Below are positions 31,045-45,893 of a stretch of 64,000 bases of DNA, one piece after another. The notes beneath the pieces were generated by a model. That model was not told the origin of the DNA and searched no databases. It saw nothing but the letters and a program-made list of their open reading frames with translations. Source of the stretch: an uncultured Desulfarculus sp. GTDB taxonomy: Bacteria > Desulfobacterota > Desulfarculia > Desulfarculales > Desulfarculaceae. Where the stretch lies: positions 2,144,001 to 2,208,000 of the forward strand of contig CAXXUK010000001.1 in NCBI GenBank assembly GCA_963665125.2, given 5' to 3'. Position numbers and translations under genes: made by a program. Each line of letters opens with the position of its first letter. Positions within the stretch are counted from its first letter, which is position 1.

Positions 31045-32739
31045 TTGCGCGTAGCCCAGGCCCAAATCAACCCCATTGTGGGCGATTTGCCAGGCAACTC
31101 GGCCTTGATAACCGGTGCCATCGGCCAAGCCCGTGAAATGGGCGCGGCACTTGTGGTTACGCCGGAATTGGCCGTGTGCGGCTACCCTCCCGAAGATCTG
31201 CTGCTCAAGCCTCGCTTTCTTGCCGATTGCCGGGCCGCCGTTGAAGGCATAGCTCCGGCCACCGGCGGCATCACGGCCATCGTGGGCTTCCCGGAAGGAA
31301 GCGACGACGCCGTCTACAACTCGGCCGCCGTGTTCAGCGACGGCAGTCTCAAAGCCATATACCGCAAAATAGAATTGCCCAATTACGGCGTTTTCGACGA
31401 ACGCCGCTATTTCCAACCGGGCAGCGAAGGCCTGCTCATCCAACTCGGCGGACGGCGGATCATGGTCACCATCTGCGAAGACCTGTGGATCGCCGGAAAC
31501 TCCGTTGAAAAGCGCGCCGTGGATGAATGCGTGGAACTGGTCGTAAATCTCTCGTCATCGCCATTCCACGCCGGCAAACTGGGTCAGCGTTTGGCCGTGC
31601 TTTCCGGTTTTGCCCAGCGCACCGGCTGCATGGTCTCATACACCAACCTGGTGGGCGGCCAGGACGAACTGGTTTTTGACGGCGGCAGCCTTGTCTTGTC
31701 GCCCGAAGGCACCCTGGTGGCCTGCGCGGCCCGTTTTGAGCCCAGCCTGATAATTCACGACCTGGAGCCCCCCCGCAAGCAAGGCCAAGCCGTTGGCCGG
31801 GCGCAAACAATCGTTTTGGACGGCAATATTGCCGTGCCTGAAAAGGAACTGACCCTGGTGTGCAGGCCCGAGATGGGCCCCCTGGATGAAACCATCGCCG
31901 CCCTTGAGCTTGGCGTGCGCGACTATCTGCACAAAAACGGCTTTGCCAAGGCCGTGCTGGGCCTCAGCGGCGGAATAGATTCGGCCCTGACGGCGGCCCT
32001 GGCCGTGCGGGCCCTGGGCGCCGAAAATGTCGTGGGCGTGACAATGCCCAGCCAATACACCAGCGAAGAGACGCGCTCTGACGCCGAACTACTGGCCGCC
32101 AACCTTGGCATCAGGTTGCTCACCGTGCCGGTGAAGAACATCTACGAGGTGTCCATCAACGAGATGGCCCAGGCTCTGGGGCCGGGCAAACTGGGCGTGG
32201 AAGCCGAAAACCTCCAGGCCAGGATCAGGGGAAACATCCTGATGACCCTGTCCAACCGCTTCGGCTGGCTGGTGCTGACCACCGGCAACAAGAGCGAGAC
32301 GGCGGTGGGCTATTGCACCCTCTACGGCGACATGGCCGGCGGTTTTGCCCTGATCAAGGACGTACCCAAGACCCTGGTCTATCAACTGGCCCAGAGGGTC
32401 AACGAGTTGTTCGGGAGCGAAGTCATTCCGGCCAGCACCATCGAGCGGCCGCCCACGGCGGAACTGCGGCCCGACCAGAAAGACTCGGACTCGCTGCCCG
32501 AATACGACGACCTGGACCCGATCCTCAGGGCCTACGTGGAAGACGACAAGGTCCTGGATGAAGTGGCCGCCCTGGGTCACGCCCCCAAGGACACGGTGGC
32601 CAAGGTCGTACGCATGGTGGACGTAAACGAATACAAGCGCAGGCAGGCGCCGCCGGGCGTCAAGATCACACCCAAGGCCTTTGGCCGCGACCGCCGCCTG
32701 CCCATCACCAACCGGTACCGTCCCGGCTGGGAGAGCTGA
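31045..32739 (+). CDS. nadE: Glutamine-dependent NAD+ synthetase
   Basis: Nitrilase domain (PELAVCGYPPEDL, KIELPNYGVFDE, ICED) plus synthetase domain (GLSGGIDS, ENLQARIR, TGNKSE); TTG at 31045 with GGAGGG RBS preferred. Confidence 0.95.
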   Translation: MRVAQAQINPIVGDLPGNSALITGAIGQAREMGAALVVTPELAVCGYPPEDLLLKPRFLADCRAAVEGIAPATGGITAIVGFPEGSDDAVYNSAAVFSDGSLKAIYRKIELPNYGVFDERRYFQPGSEGLLIQLGGRRIMVTICEDLWIAGNSVEKRAVDECVELVVNLSSSPFHAGKLGQRLAVLSGFAQRTGCMVSYTNLVGGQDELVFDGGSLVLSPEGTLVACAARFEPSLIIHDLEPPRKQGQAVGRAQTIVLDGNIAVPEKELTLVCRPEMGPLDETIAALELGVRDYLHKNGFAKAVLGLSGGIDSALTAALAVRALGAENVVGVTMPSQYTSEETRSDAELLAANLGIRLLTVPVKNIYEVSINEMAQALGPGKLGVEAENLQARIRGNILMTLSNRFGWLVLTTGNKSETAVGYCTLYGDMAGGFALIKDVPKTLVYQLAQRVNELFGSEVIPASTIERPPTAELRPDQKDSDSLPEYDDLDPILRAYVEDDKVLDEVAALGHAPKDTVAKVVRMVDVNEYKRRQAPPGVKITPKAFGRDRRLPITNRYRPGWES

Positions 32740-33416
32740 TGAAGGTCCTGGTCACCCAGCATCACATCGCCGAACCGGCGGGCACGTTCGGCGATTTTCT
32801 GGCCGAGCGCGGCTGTGCCCTGGATGTGCGGCATCTGCACCTGGGCCACAAGCTTCCCGACTCGCTGGACGGCTATGGCTTGGTGATCAGCATGGGCGGC
32901 CCCATGAACGTCTATGACGAGGACGAACACCCCTGGCTGGCCGACGAGACGGCCATGCTGGCCCGGGCCATGCGCTCCGGCCTGCCCACGGTGGGCATTT
33001 GCCTGGGCTCCCAGCTCATGGCCAAGGCCCTGGGCGCGGCGGTGGTCGACAGTCCCCAGCCGGAGATCGGCTGGTTCAGCACCCGGCTAAATGACGCTGG
33101 GGTGGCCGACCCTGTATTCAAGGGTATTGACCGGGAGCTGACGGTGTTACAATTTCACAATGACATGTTTCAGGTGCCCGAGGGCGCGCAGCTGTTGGCC
33201 GGGTCGGAGCGATGCCCCCACCAGGCCTTCCGCTACGGCCTGAGCTACGGGTTTCAGTTTCATGTGGAGGTTACCGCGGGGATCATCGATCCGTGGTACC
33301 GCAATGACGACCAGCGCAAGGAAATAGCTCCGGGCTGGAAAAACCAGGGCCTGACCATGCGAAAACAGGCCTGGCAGATGTATGAAAACTACTGGGCCGT
33401 GCTGGAAAGCCGCTAG
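32739..33416 (+). CDS. Stand-alone class I glutamine amidotransferase (GMP synthase GAT-like)
   Basis: MGGPMNV, GICLGSQ and QFHVE catalytic triad; TGATG overlap with nadE. Confidence 0.9.
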   Translation: MKVLVTQHHIAEPAGTFGDFLAERGCALDVRHLHLGHKLPDSLDGYGLVISMGGPMNVYDEDEHPWLADETAMLARAMRSGLPTVGICLGSQLMAKALGAAVVDSPQPEIGWFSTRLNDAGVADPVFKGIDRELTVLQFHNDMFQVPEGAQLLAGSERCPHQAFRYGLSYGFQFHVEVTAGIIDPWYRNDDQRKEIAPGWKNQGLTMRKQAWQMYENYWAVLESR

Positions 33417-33507
33417 GCGGCGGACCAGATAAAACAAACCGGCCCGGGGACGCAATATAAATCGCCGCGAAAACCATTGGCGCGGCCAGTGTAGGGACTG
33501 CACGGGA

Positions 33508-38091
<4,584 letters not shown>

Positions 38092-38139
38092 TGCGCATGT
38101 TTTTGCGAAACGACAACATTCAAACGACTGGTGGCGTAA

Positions 38140-39597
38140 ATGGGTAAGCCAGACGCATTCATAGAGACCAAGAGAAAGAACTTTGACAAGCAGGGCATCA
38201 ACGAGCGCCTGGGCCATTACATGGAATTTTATCTGCCTATGGCCGAGGATGACGTGCGCGAGCAGGCCTCCCGCTGCATGAACTGCGGCGTGCCGTTCTG
38301 CCACAGCTTTGGCTGCCCCCTGGGCAACCAGATTCCCGAATGGAACGAGCTGATCTACAACGGCCACTGGAAAGAGGCCTGCGACCTGCTGCATTCCACC
38401 AACAACTTCCCGGAGTTCACCGGCAGGCTCTGTCCCGCCCTGTGCGAGGCGGCCTGCACCCTGAACCTGGACCAGGATTCGGTCACCATCCGCCAGAACG
38501 AATACACCATCGTCGAGCGCGGCTGGCAGGAGGGCTGGGTCTTGCCCCGGCCGCCCAAGGCCGAAACCGGCAAAAGCGTTGCCGTCATCGGTTCGGGACC
38601 GGCCGGCATGGCCGCGGCCCAGCAACTGCGCCGGGCCGGGCACAAGGTTGCGCTTTTTGACAAGTCGCCCCGTTTGGGCGGAATCCTGCGCTTCGGCATT
38701 CCCGACTACAAGCTGGAAAAGTCGATCATCGACCGCCGCCTGGAGCAGATGAAGGCCGAAGGCGTCATCTTCGAACCCAACGTCAATGTCGGTGTGGACG
38801 TGTCTCCGGCATACCTGATGAACCGCTACGACGCGGTATGCATCTGCACCGGTTCCAGCGTGCCCCGGGATCTGCCAGTCCCCGGCCGCGAGTTGGACGG
38901 CGTGCATTTCGCCATGGAATACCTGGTCCAGCAAAACCTGCGGGTGGCTGGACTTCCCGTCAACGAAACCGAAATCACCGCCAAGAACAAGCGGGTGGTG
39001 GTCATCGGCGGTGGCGACACCGGAGCCGACTGCCTGGGCACGGCACTGCGCCAAGGCGCCATTAGCGTGCACCAGTTCGAAATCATGCCCCGGCCGCCGG
39101 CCAAACGCGACACCACCACGCCGTGGCCCCAATGGCCCTATATGCTCAGAAGCAGCACCAGCCACGAAGAAGGCGGCGAACGCCGCTGGTGCGTGGCCAC
39201 CGAAAAGTTCACCGGTTCCGACGGCAAACTGACCGGCCTCAATGGTTATGAGGTAAGCTGGTCCACCGATGAAGACGGCCGCCAGCGGATGAACAAGTTG
39301 GAGGGCAGCGAGTTTGAGATGGACTGCGACATGGTTCTGTTGGCCATGGGCTTTGTCCATCCCCAGCGCATCGGCCTTGTGGAGCAACTTGGCCTGACCC
39401 TGGACCCGCGGGGCAACATTGCCACCGGCGAGGACATGATGACATCCACCCAAGGTGTATTCGCCGCCGGCGACGCCAGGTCGGGCCAGTCCCTCGTGGT
39501 CTGGGCCATGATGGCGGGCAGGCGCATGGCCCACTTTGTGGATAAATATATTATGGGAGATTCGGCGCTGCCATGCCCCGAATTAACGGGACCATAA
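38140..39597 (+). CDS. gltD: Glutamate synthase small subunit
   Basis: RCMNCGVPFC...GCP, GSGPAG, GGGDTGADC, FAAGD and QSLVVWA motifs. Confidence 0.96.
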   Translation: MGKPDAFIETKRKNFDKQGINERLGHYMEFYLPMAEDDVREQASRCMNCGVPFCHSFGCPLGNQIPEWNELIYNGHWKEACDLLHSTNNFPEFTGRLCPALCEAACTLNLDQDSVTIRQNEYTIVERGWQEGWVLPRPPKAETGKSVAVIGSGPAGMAAAQQLRRAGHKVALFDKSPRLGGILRFGIPDYKLEKSIIDRRLEQMKAEGVIFEPNVNVGVDVSPAYLMNRYDAVCICTGSSVPRDLPVPGRELDGVHFAMEYLVQQNLRVAGLPVNETEITAKNKRVVVIGGGDTGADCLGTALRQGAISVHQFEIMPRPPAKRDTTTPWPQWPYMLRSSTSHEEGGERRWCVATEKFTGSDGKLTGLNGYEVSWSTDEDGRQRMNKLEGSEFEMDCDMVLLAMGFVHPQRIGLVEQLGLTLDPRGNIATGEDMMTSTQGVFAAGDARSGQSLVVWAMMAGRRMAHFVDKYIMGDSALPCPELTGP

Positions 39598-39643
39598 GCA
39601 GCGGCGGCTTTGCATATTATACGACCTATAGGGTAGCATTAAG

Positions 39644-41263
39644 ATGAGCAAGGCCAGGGTGTTACCGATTAACGGGCGACGTGAGGCGGGAAAAAAAAAG
39701 ATGAAGCCACAGGCCGCACCTGAAAACATTCGCCGGGAAGTTGAAGAACTTCAGCTGCTTTTCAAGATCAGCCAGATTCTGGACATGAGTCTTGATTTGC
39801 GGGACGTGGTGCAACCGATTCTGGAGGCGATGGCCGAGCATATGGACATGCTTCGGGGAACCATTACCCTTCTCAATCGCGAAACCGGTGAGATCCAGAT
39901 CGAGGCAGCCCATGGCCTCAGCGCTCAACAGCGCCGCAGGGGCCGTTACCAGATCGGTGAGGGCATTGTGGGCAAGGTCGTGCAAACCGGCCAGCCCACG
40001 GTTGTTAAAAATATCGCCGAGGACCCGCGCTTTCTGGACCGGACCCAGTCAAGGGCCGCCGAAGACCGCCGGGACATCAGCTTTATTTGCGTGCCGATCA
40101 AGATAGGCCAGGAGGTCATCGGCACCCTCAGCGCGGACAGACATTTTGCCGACGACTTGATCCTGGAGGAAGAAGTGCGCCTCATGGGCGTGATCTCGTC
40201 CATGATCGCCCAGTCGGTGAGCCTGCGGCGCAAATCCATGGAAGAGCGCGAACGCCTCCTTGAGGAAAACACCCGTCTGCAGGCCAAGCTCAAGGACCGC
40301 TTCCATCCGGCGAACATCATCGGCAATTCCAAGGCCATGCAGGATGTCTACGAGCTGGTGGGCCAAGTTTCTGCCAGCGACGCCACCGTGCTTATCCGGG
40401 GGGAAAGCGGAACCGGTAAAGAGTTGGTGGCCCATGCCATCCATTACAACAGCCTGCGCTCCCAGCGGCCCTTTATCCGCGTCAACTGCGCGGCACTGCC
40501 CGAAAACGTCATCGAGAGCGAGCTGTTCGGCCATGAAAAAGGCGCTTTTACCGGCGCGCTTCAGCAGCGCAAGGGGCGTTTTGAGCTGGCCACCGGCGGC
40601 ACGATTTTCCTGGACGAAATCGGCGACCTCTCGCCTACGATCCAGGTCAAACTGCTGCGGGTCCTCCAAGAAAAAGAATTCGAACGCGTAGGCGGCAACC
40701 AGACCATCAAGGTGGACGTACGCATCATCACCGCCACCAACCGCGACCTCGAGGACCTGGTGGCCAAGTCGGAGTTTCGCCAGGATCTGTACTACCGCCT
40801 CAACGTTTTCCCGGTGCACCTGCCGGCCCTGCGGGAGCGCGGCAGCGACATCCTGATCCTGGCCAATCACTTTGTTGAGCGTTTCAGCAGGGCGGCCGGG
40901 AAAAATGTCAAGCGCATCAGCACCCCGGCCATTGACATGCTCATGAGCTACCATTGGCCCGGCAACGTCCGCGAGTTGGAAAACTGCATCGAGCGCGCGG
41001 TAATCCTCAGTGTTGACGATGTATTGCATGGCCACCATCTGCCGCCGACCCTGCAAACGGCCGAAGCCAGCGGCACGGTGGTCAGCGGCACGTTGCAGGA
41101 GGCCCTGGAGAACCTGGAACGCGAATTGATTATCGAGGCCTTGAAGAATTCACGGGGCAACCGGGCCAAGGCGGCCAGGACCCTGGGAGTTACGGAAAGG
41201 GTCATGGGGCTGCGGGTCGACAAGTTCGGAATCGACCCCAAGCGCTACCGCTCCAACGTGTAG
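39644..41263 (+). CDS. NifA/AnfA/VnfA-like sigma54-dependent activator (GAF-AAA+-HTH)
   Basis: GAF domain, [39 protein letters not shown] and Fis-type HTH; start 39644 or 39701. Confidence 0.9.
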   Translation: MSKARVLPINGRREAGKKKMKPQAAPENIRREVEELQLLFKISQILDMSLDLRDVVQPILEAMAEHMDMLRGTITLLNRETGEIQIEAAHGLSAQQRRRGRYQIGEGIVGKVVQTGQPTVVKNIAEDPRFLDRTQSRAAEDRRDISFICVPIKIGQEVIGTLSADRHFADDLILEEEVRLMGVISSMIAQSVSLRRKSMEERERLLEENTRLQAKLKDRFHPANIIGNSKAMQDVYELVGQVSASDATVLIRGESGTGKELVAHAIHYNSLRSQRPFIRVNCAALPENVIESELFGHEKGAFTGALQQRKGRFELATGGTIFLDEIGDLSPTIQVKLLRVLQEKEFERVGGNQTIKVDVRIITATNRDLEDLVAKSEFRQDLYYRLNVFPVHLPALRERGSDILILANHFVERFSRAAGKNVKRISTPAIDMLMSYHWPGNVRELENCIERAVILSVDDVLHGHHLPPTLQTAEASGTVVSGTLQEALENLERELIIEALKNSRGNRAKAARTLGVTERVMGLRVDKFGIDPKRYRSNV

Positions 41264-41278
41264 GAACAAAACCACTTT

Positions 41279-41294
41279 CATACATTTATGTATG
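41279..41294. promoter_or_regulatory. Candidate upstream activator site (TAC-N6-GTA)
   Basis: CATACATTTATGTATG palindrome about 100 bp upstream of the sigma54 -24 box. Confidence 0.65.
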
Positions 41295-41311
41295 ATTTGA
41301 TGTGACTATTC

Positions 41312-41340
41312 AGGCCGCCCTTCAGGGCGGCCTTCATTTT
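41312..41340 (+). terminator. Intrinsic terminator after the activator gene
   Basis: AGGCCGCCC-TTCA-GGGCGGCCT followed by TCATTTT. Confidence 0.75.
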
Positions 41341-41391
41341 ATCTCCCCGAAATAACTAGCCAAAAAACTTTATTTATTCAACCTACGCAAC

Positions 41392-41408
41392 TTGGCACAA
41401 CCGTTGCC
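41392..41408 (+). promoter_or_regulatory. sigma54 (-24/-12) promoter of porin-amtB-glnK
   Basis: TTGGCAC-AACCG-TTGC, a consensus match. Confidence 0.85.
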
Positions 41409-41497
41409 ATACCTATGCCCGACCCTAGGAGTAAGGAACTCCCTTGGGGCAAGGGAAAAACAACTGGATTGATTCACTGAAGTGTATGGAGAGGAAA

Positions 41498-42268
41498 ATG
41501 AAAAAGCTGGTAGCAATTTTGACCATGGTAATGGCCCTGACTGTGGGATCTCTAATTCCCGCGTCGGCCGAAGAAAGTTCCAAGATCGTACCTACCGTTG
41601 ACTTGGACCTGACCTTTAACAGCAAGTATGTCTGGCGCGGCATGCTCCTGGTCGATGACTGGGTAGCTCAGCCCTCGGTCACCGCCGGCATCGGCGGCTT
41701 CAGCGTCAACGTCTGGGGCGACTACAACCTGACCGATGAAAACGGCAAGCAGAAAGAGTTCGACGAGATCGACATCACCTTGGACTACACCTTCTCTCTG
41801 GGTGACTTCTCGATTCCCGTTGGTGTGATCGTCTATACCTTCCCCGGCGGCGGCAATGATACTTCTGAGCTCTACGTCGGCCTCGGCTACGACTGGATCG
41901 TCAGCCCCAGCGTGACCGTGTACCACGACGTGGACGAGGTCGCCGGCGCCTTCTACATCCTGGGCAGCTTGGACTACAGCTATGAACTGCCCGTGGGCGA
42001 CAAGGTCAGCGCCAGCATCGACTTGGGCGCCAGCATCGGCTGGGGCAACGAAGAGTACAACACCGGTTACTTTGGTGTGGAAGACCCGCACTTCACGGAC
42101 TGGTCGGTCTCCCTGGCCATTCCCATCGGCTTCTGCGAATACTTCACTGTTACTCCGGCTGTGACCTACACCGCCCTGGTTGACAGTGAAATCCGCGACG
42201 CCGGCAAGGCCGCCTACACCGAAGATTCCAACGTTTTCTACGGCATCTCTTTCACGGCCTCCTTCTAA
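41498..42268 (+). CDS. Outer-membrane beta-barrel protein (TorF/TIGR02001-like putative porin)
   Basis: Signal peptide ending ASA, SKYVWRG, EID, amphipathic strands and C-terminal Phe; ATG 41498 with GAGGA RBS. Confidence 0.75.
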   Translation: MKKLVAILTMVMALTVGSLIPASAEESSKIVPTVDLDLTFNSKYVWRGMLLVDDWVAQPSVTAGIGGFSVNVWGDYNLTDENGKQKEFDEIDITLDYTFSLGDFSIPVGVIVYTFPGGGNDTSELYVGLGYDWIVSPSVTVYHDVDEVAGAFYILGSLDYSYELPVGDKVSASIDLGASIGWGNEEYNTGYFGVEDPHFTDWSVSLAIPIGFCEYFTVTPAVTYTALVDSEIRDAGKAAYTEDSNVFYGISFTASF

Positions 42269-42339
42269 GGAGTTAAAGAGGCAAACGAATGGTCCGGCCC
42301 CTGGCACCGGGGCCGGACCTAAAAAAAGGAGCGGCTAGA

Positions 42340-43677
42340 ATGCTAAAGCGAATTACTAGAAACCTTTCAACATTGGTAGCCCTTGGGCTGCTGTTGCCCG
42401 GCGCCGCTTTGGCCGAAGAGGCTGCTGCACCCAAAGTCAGCGACCTTGACACCATCTGGGTCCTCTTGGCCGCCTACCTTGTGTTCTTCATGCAGCCGGG
42501 CTTCGCCATGCTCGAGGCGGGCCTCACAAGGGCCAAGAACGCCGTGAACATCCTGGCCAAGAACTTCATGGACTTCACCGTGGCCAGTATCATGTACTTC
42601 CTGATTGGTTACGGCCTGATGTTCGGCGACGGCAACTCTTTCATCGGCCTCAGCGGTTTCGGCCTCAGCGGCTTTGAAAGCGACGGCATCCCGGTCTACG
42701 CGGCCTGGATGTTCCAGGCAGTCTTCTGCGGTACCGCGGCCACCATCGTTTCCGGTGGCATGGCCGAGCGCACCAAGTTTACAAGTTACCTTATCTTCAC
42801 TCTGATCATGACGTCGGTTGTCTACCCCATCATCGGTCACTGGACCTGGGGCGGCGGCTGGCTCTCACAGATGGACTTCTTCGACTTCGCCGGTTCGACC
42901 ATCGTCCACGGCACCGGCGGCTGGGTCGCCCTGGTCGGCACCCTGTTCCTTGGGCCGCGTATCGGCAAGTACCTGCCCGACGGCAAGGCCAAGGTCCTGG
43001 CGGGTCACAACATAACCCTGGCAGCCCTGGGCGTGTTCATCCTCTGGTTCGGTTGGTTCGGATTCAACCCCGGTTCGCAGTTGGCTGCCTCTGGTGTTGA
43101 CAACGCCGAAGCCATCGCCCTGATCACCATCAACACCAACCTCTCGGCCGCAGCCGGCGCCATGACCGCCATGTTCCTGGTGTGGCTGATGTGGGGCAAG
43201 CCTGACCTTACCATGTGCATGAACGGCGCCTTGGCCGGCCTGGTCGCCATCACCGCCCCCTGCGCGGTCGTCTCCCCCGGCGCCGCCATCGTCATCGGCA
43301 TCTGCTCCGGCGTGATAGTGGTCATGGGCGTCATGATGCTCGACAAGCTGCACATCGACGACCCCGTTGGTGCTATCCCGGTTCACGGCTTCAACGGTAT
43401 GTTCGGCACCATCGCCGTGGGTATCTGGGGCCAGAAGGCTCTAGGCCTGGCCAACGACGGTATCCTGCACGGCGGCGGATTCACGCAGCTGGGCATCCAG
43501 ATCACCGGTACGGTGGCCTGTGCGGCATTCGCCATGGTAAGTATGGCCATAGTGTTCTTCATCGTCAGCAAGACCGTGGGTCTGCGCGTCAGCCGCGAGG
43601 AAGAACTCAAGGGTCTGGACATTGAAGAACACGGTATGGAAGCATATTCCGACTTCCAGATCTTCACGACCCGCTAG
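42340..43677 (+). CDS. amtB: Ammonium transporter
   Basis: FFMQPGFAMLEAG, DFAGSTIVH, LWFGWFGFNPGS and DDPVGAIPVHG (twin His). Confidence 0.96.
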   Translation: MLKRITRNLSTLVALGLLLPGAALAEEAAAPKVSDLDTIWVLLAAYLVFFMQPGFAMLEAGLTRAKNAVNILAKNFMDFTVASIMYFLIGYGLMFGDGNSFIGLSGFGLSGFESDGIPVYAAWMFQAVFCGTAATIVSGGMAERTKFTSYLIFTLIMTSVVYPIIGHWTWGGGWLSQMDFFDFAGSTIVHGTGGWVALVGTLFLGPRIGKYLPDGKAKVLAGHNITLAALGVFILWFGWFGFNPGSQLAASGVDNAEAIALITINTNLSAAAGAMTAMFLVWLMWGKPDLTMCMNGALAGLVAITAPCAVVSPGAAIVIGICSGVIVVMGVMMLDKLHIDDPVGAIPVHGFNGMFGTIAVGIWGQKALGLANDGILHGGGFTQLGIQITGTVACAAFAMVSMAIVFFIVSKTVGLRVSREEELKGLDIEEHGMEAYSDFQIFTTR

Positions 43678-43692
43678 GAAGGAGGCGCTTAA

Positions 43693-44034
43693 ATGAAGCT
43701 CATAATCGCCTATATCAAGCCCGAACGGCTAAACGATGTAAAGCAGGCCTTGTACGAGGCACAGATATTCAACATGTCGGTCACCAACGTGGTTGGCTCC
43801 GGCCGCCAGCGGGGATTCAGCGAAACCTACCGCGGCGTGGAACAGGAAGTGAACCTGCTGAAGAAAGTCCGCATGGAGATCGGCGTAAACGACGATTTCG
43901 TCGAAGCTGCCAAGGCGGCCATTGTCAAAGGCGCACGCACCGGTGAGATCGGCGACGGAGTGCTCTTCGTCCTGCCCATCGAAGACAGCATGCGCATTAG
44001 AACTGGCGAGGCCGGTCCTCCTGCCATGGGCTAA
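43693..44034 (+). CDS. glnK: P-II nitrogen regulatory protein
   Basis: IKP, GRQRG..E.YRG, TGEIGDG and RIRTGE motifs; adjacent to amtB. Confidence 0.93.
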   Translation: MKLIIAYIKPERLNDVKQALYEAQIFNMSVTNVVGSGRQRGFSETYRGVEQEVNLLKKVRMEIGVNDDFVEAAKAAIVKGARTGEIGDGVLFVLPIEDSMRIRTGEAGPPAMG

Positions 44035-44121
44035 CGAGGGTCGGAGGGTTGGCGGGCCGTTGGCGTCGGCTCGCCAATCCAATTCATAAATAAAAACCTG
44101 TCTTTGAGTCCATTTTTCTCC

Positions 44122-44160
44122 GGGCGGTTGGCATGCCCAAGCCAACCGCCCACCCCTTTT
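44122..44160 (+). terminator. Probable terminator after glnK
   Basis: GGGCGGTTGGC/GCCAACCGCCC 11-bp stem, then ACCCCTTTT. Confidence 0.55.
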
Positions 44161-44317
44161 CCGGCCCTTGCGCAAGGCGCAGGCCTTATCCCCAAGCCGC
44201 CCTCATCGGCCTCCTGCCAAATCAGCTCTTGAATTTCATACCCCAAATAGGTTTATCCTTTATCCGCGATACGTTATAGTGCCCCCAACCTATATGTAAC
44301 TTTTATGGGAGCCGGCA

Positions 44318-44869
44318 GTGAACGATCTGGAGCGGGAAAAGAAAAAGGGCCTGAGCATCTGGTATCTCAAGGATGTCCTATTCAAGCGGCTGATTCTGCG
44401 CAAGAAATACCATACGCCGGGGTTTGGCTTGGCGGCCCAGCTGTTCGCCTGCATGTCCAAGCGGATCATCGACGAGCTTGGCCCGGAAAAGGGCGAGCAG
44501 CTCATAAAGAAGGCCGTGGAGGATTTCGGACGCAAGCGGGGCGGCCGCATAGCCGAGAGGGTCAAGGCCCTGGGCAAGCCGCTGTCGTTCAAGAACTGGC
44601 TGACCTACACCGACATCGACTCGGGCAATTTCCCGGTTAGCCCCAGGTCTGAAAACGGCGATCTGCTGGCCCCGGTGACCGAGTGCTCGTTCAACAAGGC
44701 CGCCGAGCAGTGGGACATGGTGGAGTATTCCAGCCTGTATTGCAAGTATGCCGATTACGCCATATTGGAGGGCTACAACCCTGACGTGAAGCTGGTCCTG
44801 GAGCAGCGGCACGCCACGGGCAAGGATCATTGCCTGTTTCGGTATATCATGAAGCAGGACAACAAATGA
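44318..44869 (+). CDS. L-2-amino-thiazoline-4-carboxylic acid hydrolase-like (V4R-type) protein
   Basis: FGRKRG, VTECSF...W, LYCKYAD.AI.EGYNP and G.DHC.F pattern; GTG start with GGGAG RBS. Confidence 0.7.
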   Translation: MNDLEREKKKGLSIWYLKDVLFKRLILRKKYHTPGFGLAAQLFACMSKRIIDELGPEKGEQLIKKAVEDFGRKRGGRIAERVKALGKPLSFKNWLTYTDIDSGNFPVSPRSENGDLLAPVTECSFNKAAEQWDMVEYSSLYCKYADYAILEGYNPDVKLVLEQRHATGKDHCLFRYIMKQDNK

Positions 44870-44870
44870 C

Positions 44871-45662
44871 TCATGACGTCCGATCAATAGATACCGGCGA
44901 TTTGGTGCTGCACGGCATGCCCACCTGGCATTTGGCGCAGACATCGGTGGGGTCTGGCAACCCTTTTGGCCTCATTATGTTGTCATAGTTTTCCCGCAGG
45001 CGGGAATAGCATGCTGCCCGATCCAATCCGTCTTGACTCAACGCCCCGACCGGGCAGGCCTTGATGCACTTGCCGCACTTTTTACCAGCCTTGAGCAAGC
45101 ACAGTTCATCGGTCGTCACCAGGGGATGGTCGCCCAAGTCCAGGTCTGTCACCAAACTGCCCATTCTCCCGCTGCACCCAGCCGGAGTAATGAGCTGGCA
45201 ATTGGTGCCGTAGCGGCCCAGGCCAATCAGGTGGCCCAAATGCTTGTGTGACCACAGGCTCACTAACCGCGACTTGTCGAAATTGTGTGTGGCCGGGGTC
45301 AGAGCCGCCTTGCCGCCGCTGTCTTGGATTAAGCTCTTTAGGCCCTTACCTGCCCGGCCAATCAACTCGTTGGTGGCCACATAAGCCCGGCCCCAACTCA
45401 GAGCAGGCAAATCACCGCCCGTGTTTTCCTGCTGCACGGCGCCGTCAAAAGGCACAAACCATACAACCACGGTTTTTGCTCCGGGCAACAGATCATCAGG
45501 CAAGGCGTGGTCCGGCGCGACTATCTCTTTGAGGCGTTTGAAACGCTCGTCCGCGGGCGCGCAGGCAATGAGAGGCTCCCGCCATATGCGGTCCATATTG
45601 TTTGGGGGGGGATAGGCGGCCACAAAGTCGACGAGCCATTGGGACAGGTCTTGGATATTCAT
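44871..45662 (-). CDS. Epoxyqueuosine reductase-like 4Fe-4S protein
   Basis: WSHKH, GLG..G...LIT..G...R.GS.VT, CGKCIKACP and CAKCQVGMPC motifs. Confidence 0.75.
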   Translation of the reverse strand: MNIQDLSQWLVDFVAAYPPPNNMDRIWREPLIACAPADERFKRLKEIVAPDHALPDDLLPGAKTVVVWFVPFDGAVQQENTGGDLPALSWGRAYVATNELIGRAGKGLKSLIQDSGGKAALTPATHNFDKSRLVSLWSHKHLGHLIGLGRYGTNCQLITPAGCSGRMGSLVTDLDLGDHPLVTTDELCLLKAGKKCGKCIKACPVGALSQDGLDRAACYSRLRENYDNIMRPKGLPDPTDVCAKCQVGMPCSTKSPVSIDRTS

Positions 45663-45844
45663 AACGCTGTATTCCTTTTCGCCGCCAAGTGGCGGGCCGT
45701 GGTTCTCTATGGCCGAGGCAACATCGCTTTTCGTTGCTTATACGTATTTAACATACATAAATTTAGCATTATCACAACCCTGCCCATGCCGGGCCAACCC
45801 GTGGCAAGCAATCAAGGCGCAAACGCGCAAAGATCAATCGCGCA

Positions 45845-45893
45845 CATTGACCGCCCCGCCCCATCCGCGCTAATGTTTTCAACAGCAACCAGG
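45845..45893 (+). repeat. Direct repeat B (copy 1), containing a TTGACC-18 nt-TAATGT promoter-like element
   Basis: 43/49 identical to 48280-48328; first 28 nt identical. Confidence 0.9.

Noticed and set aside
39644..41263. Calling the activator nifA and inferring nitrogen fixation
   Set aside because: No nif/anf/vnf structural genes are in the window, so no gene symbol was given.
41259..41274. Near-match to the NifA site TGT-N10-ACA (TGT-N10-CCA)
   Set aside because: One mismatch in a 6-base signature and no counterpart seen at glnA; the TAC-N6-GTA dyad explains both promoters better.
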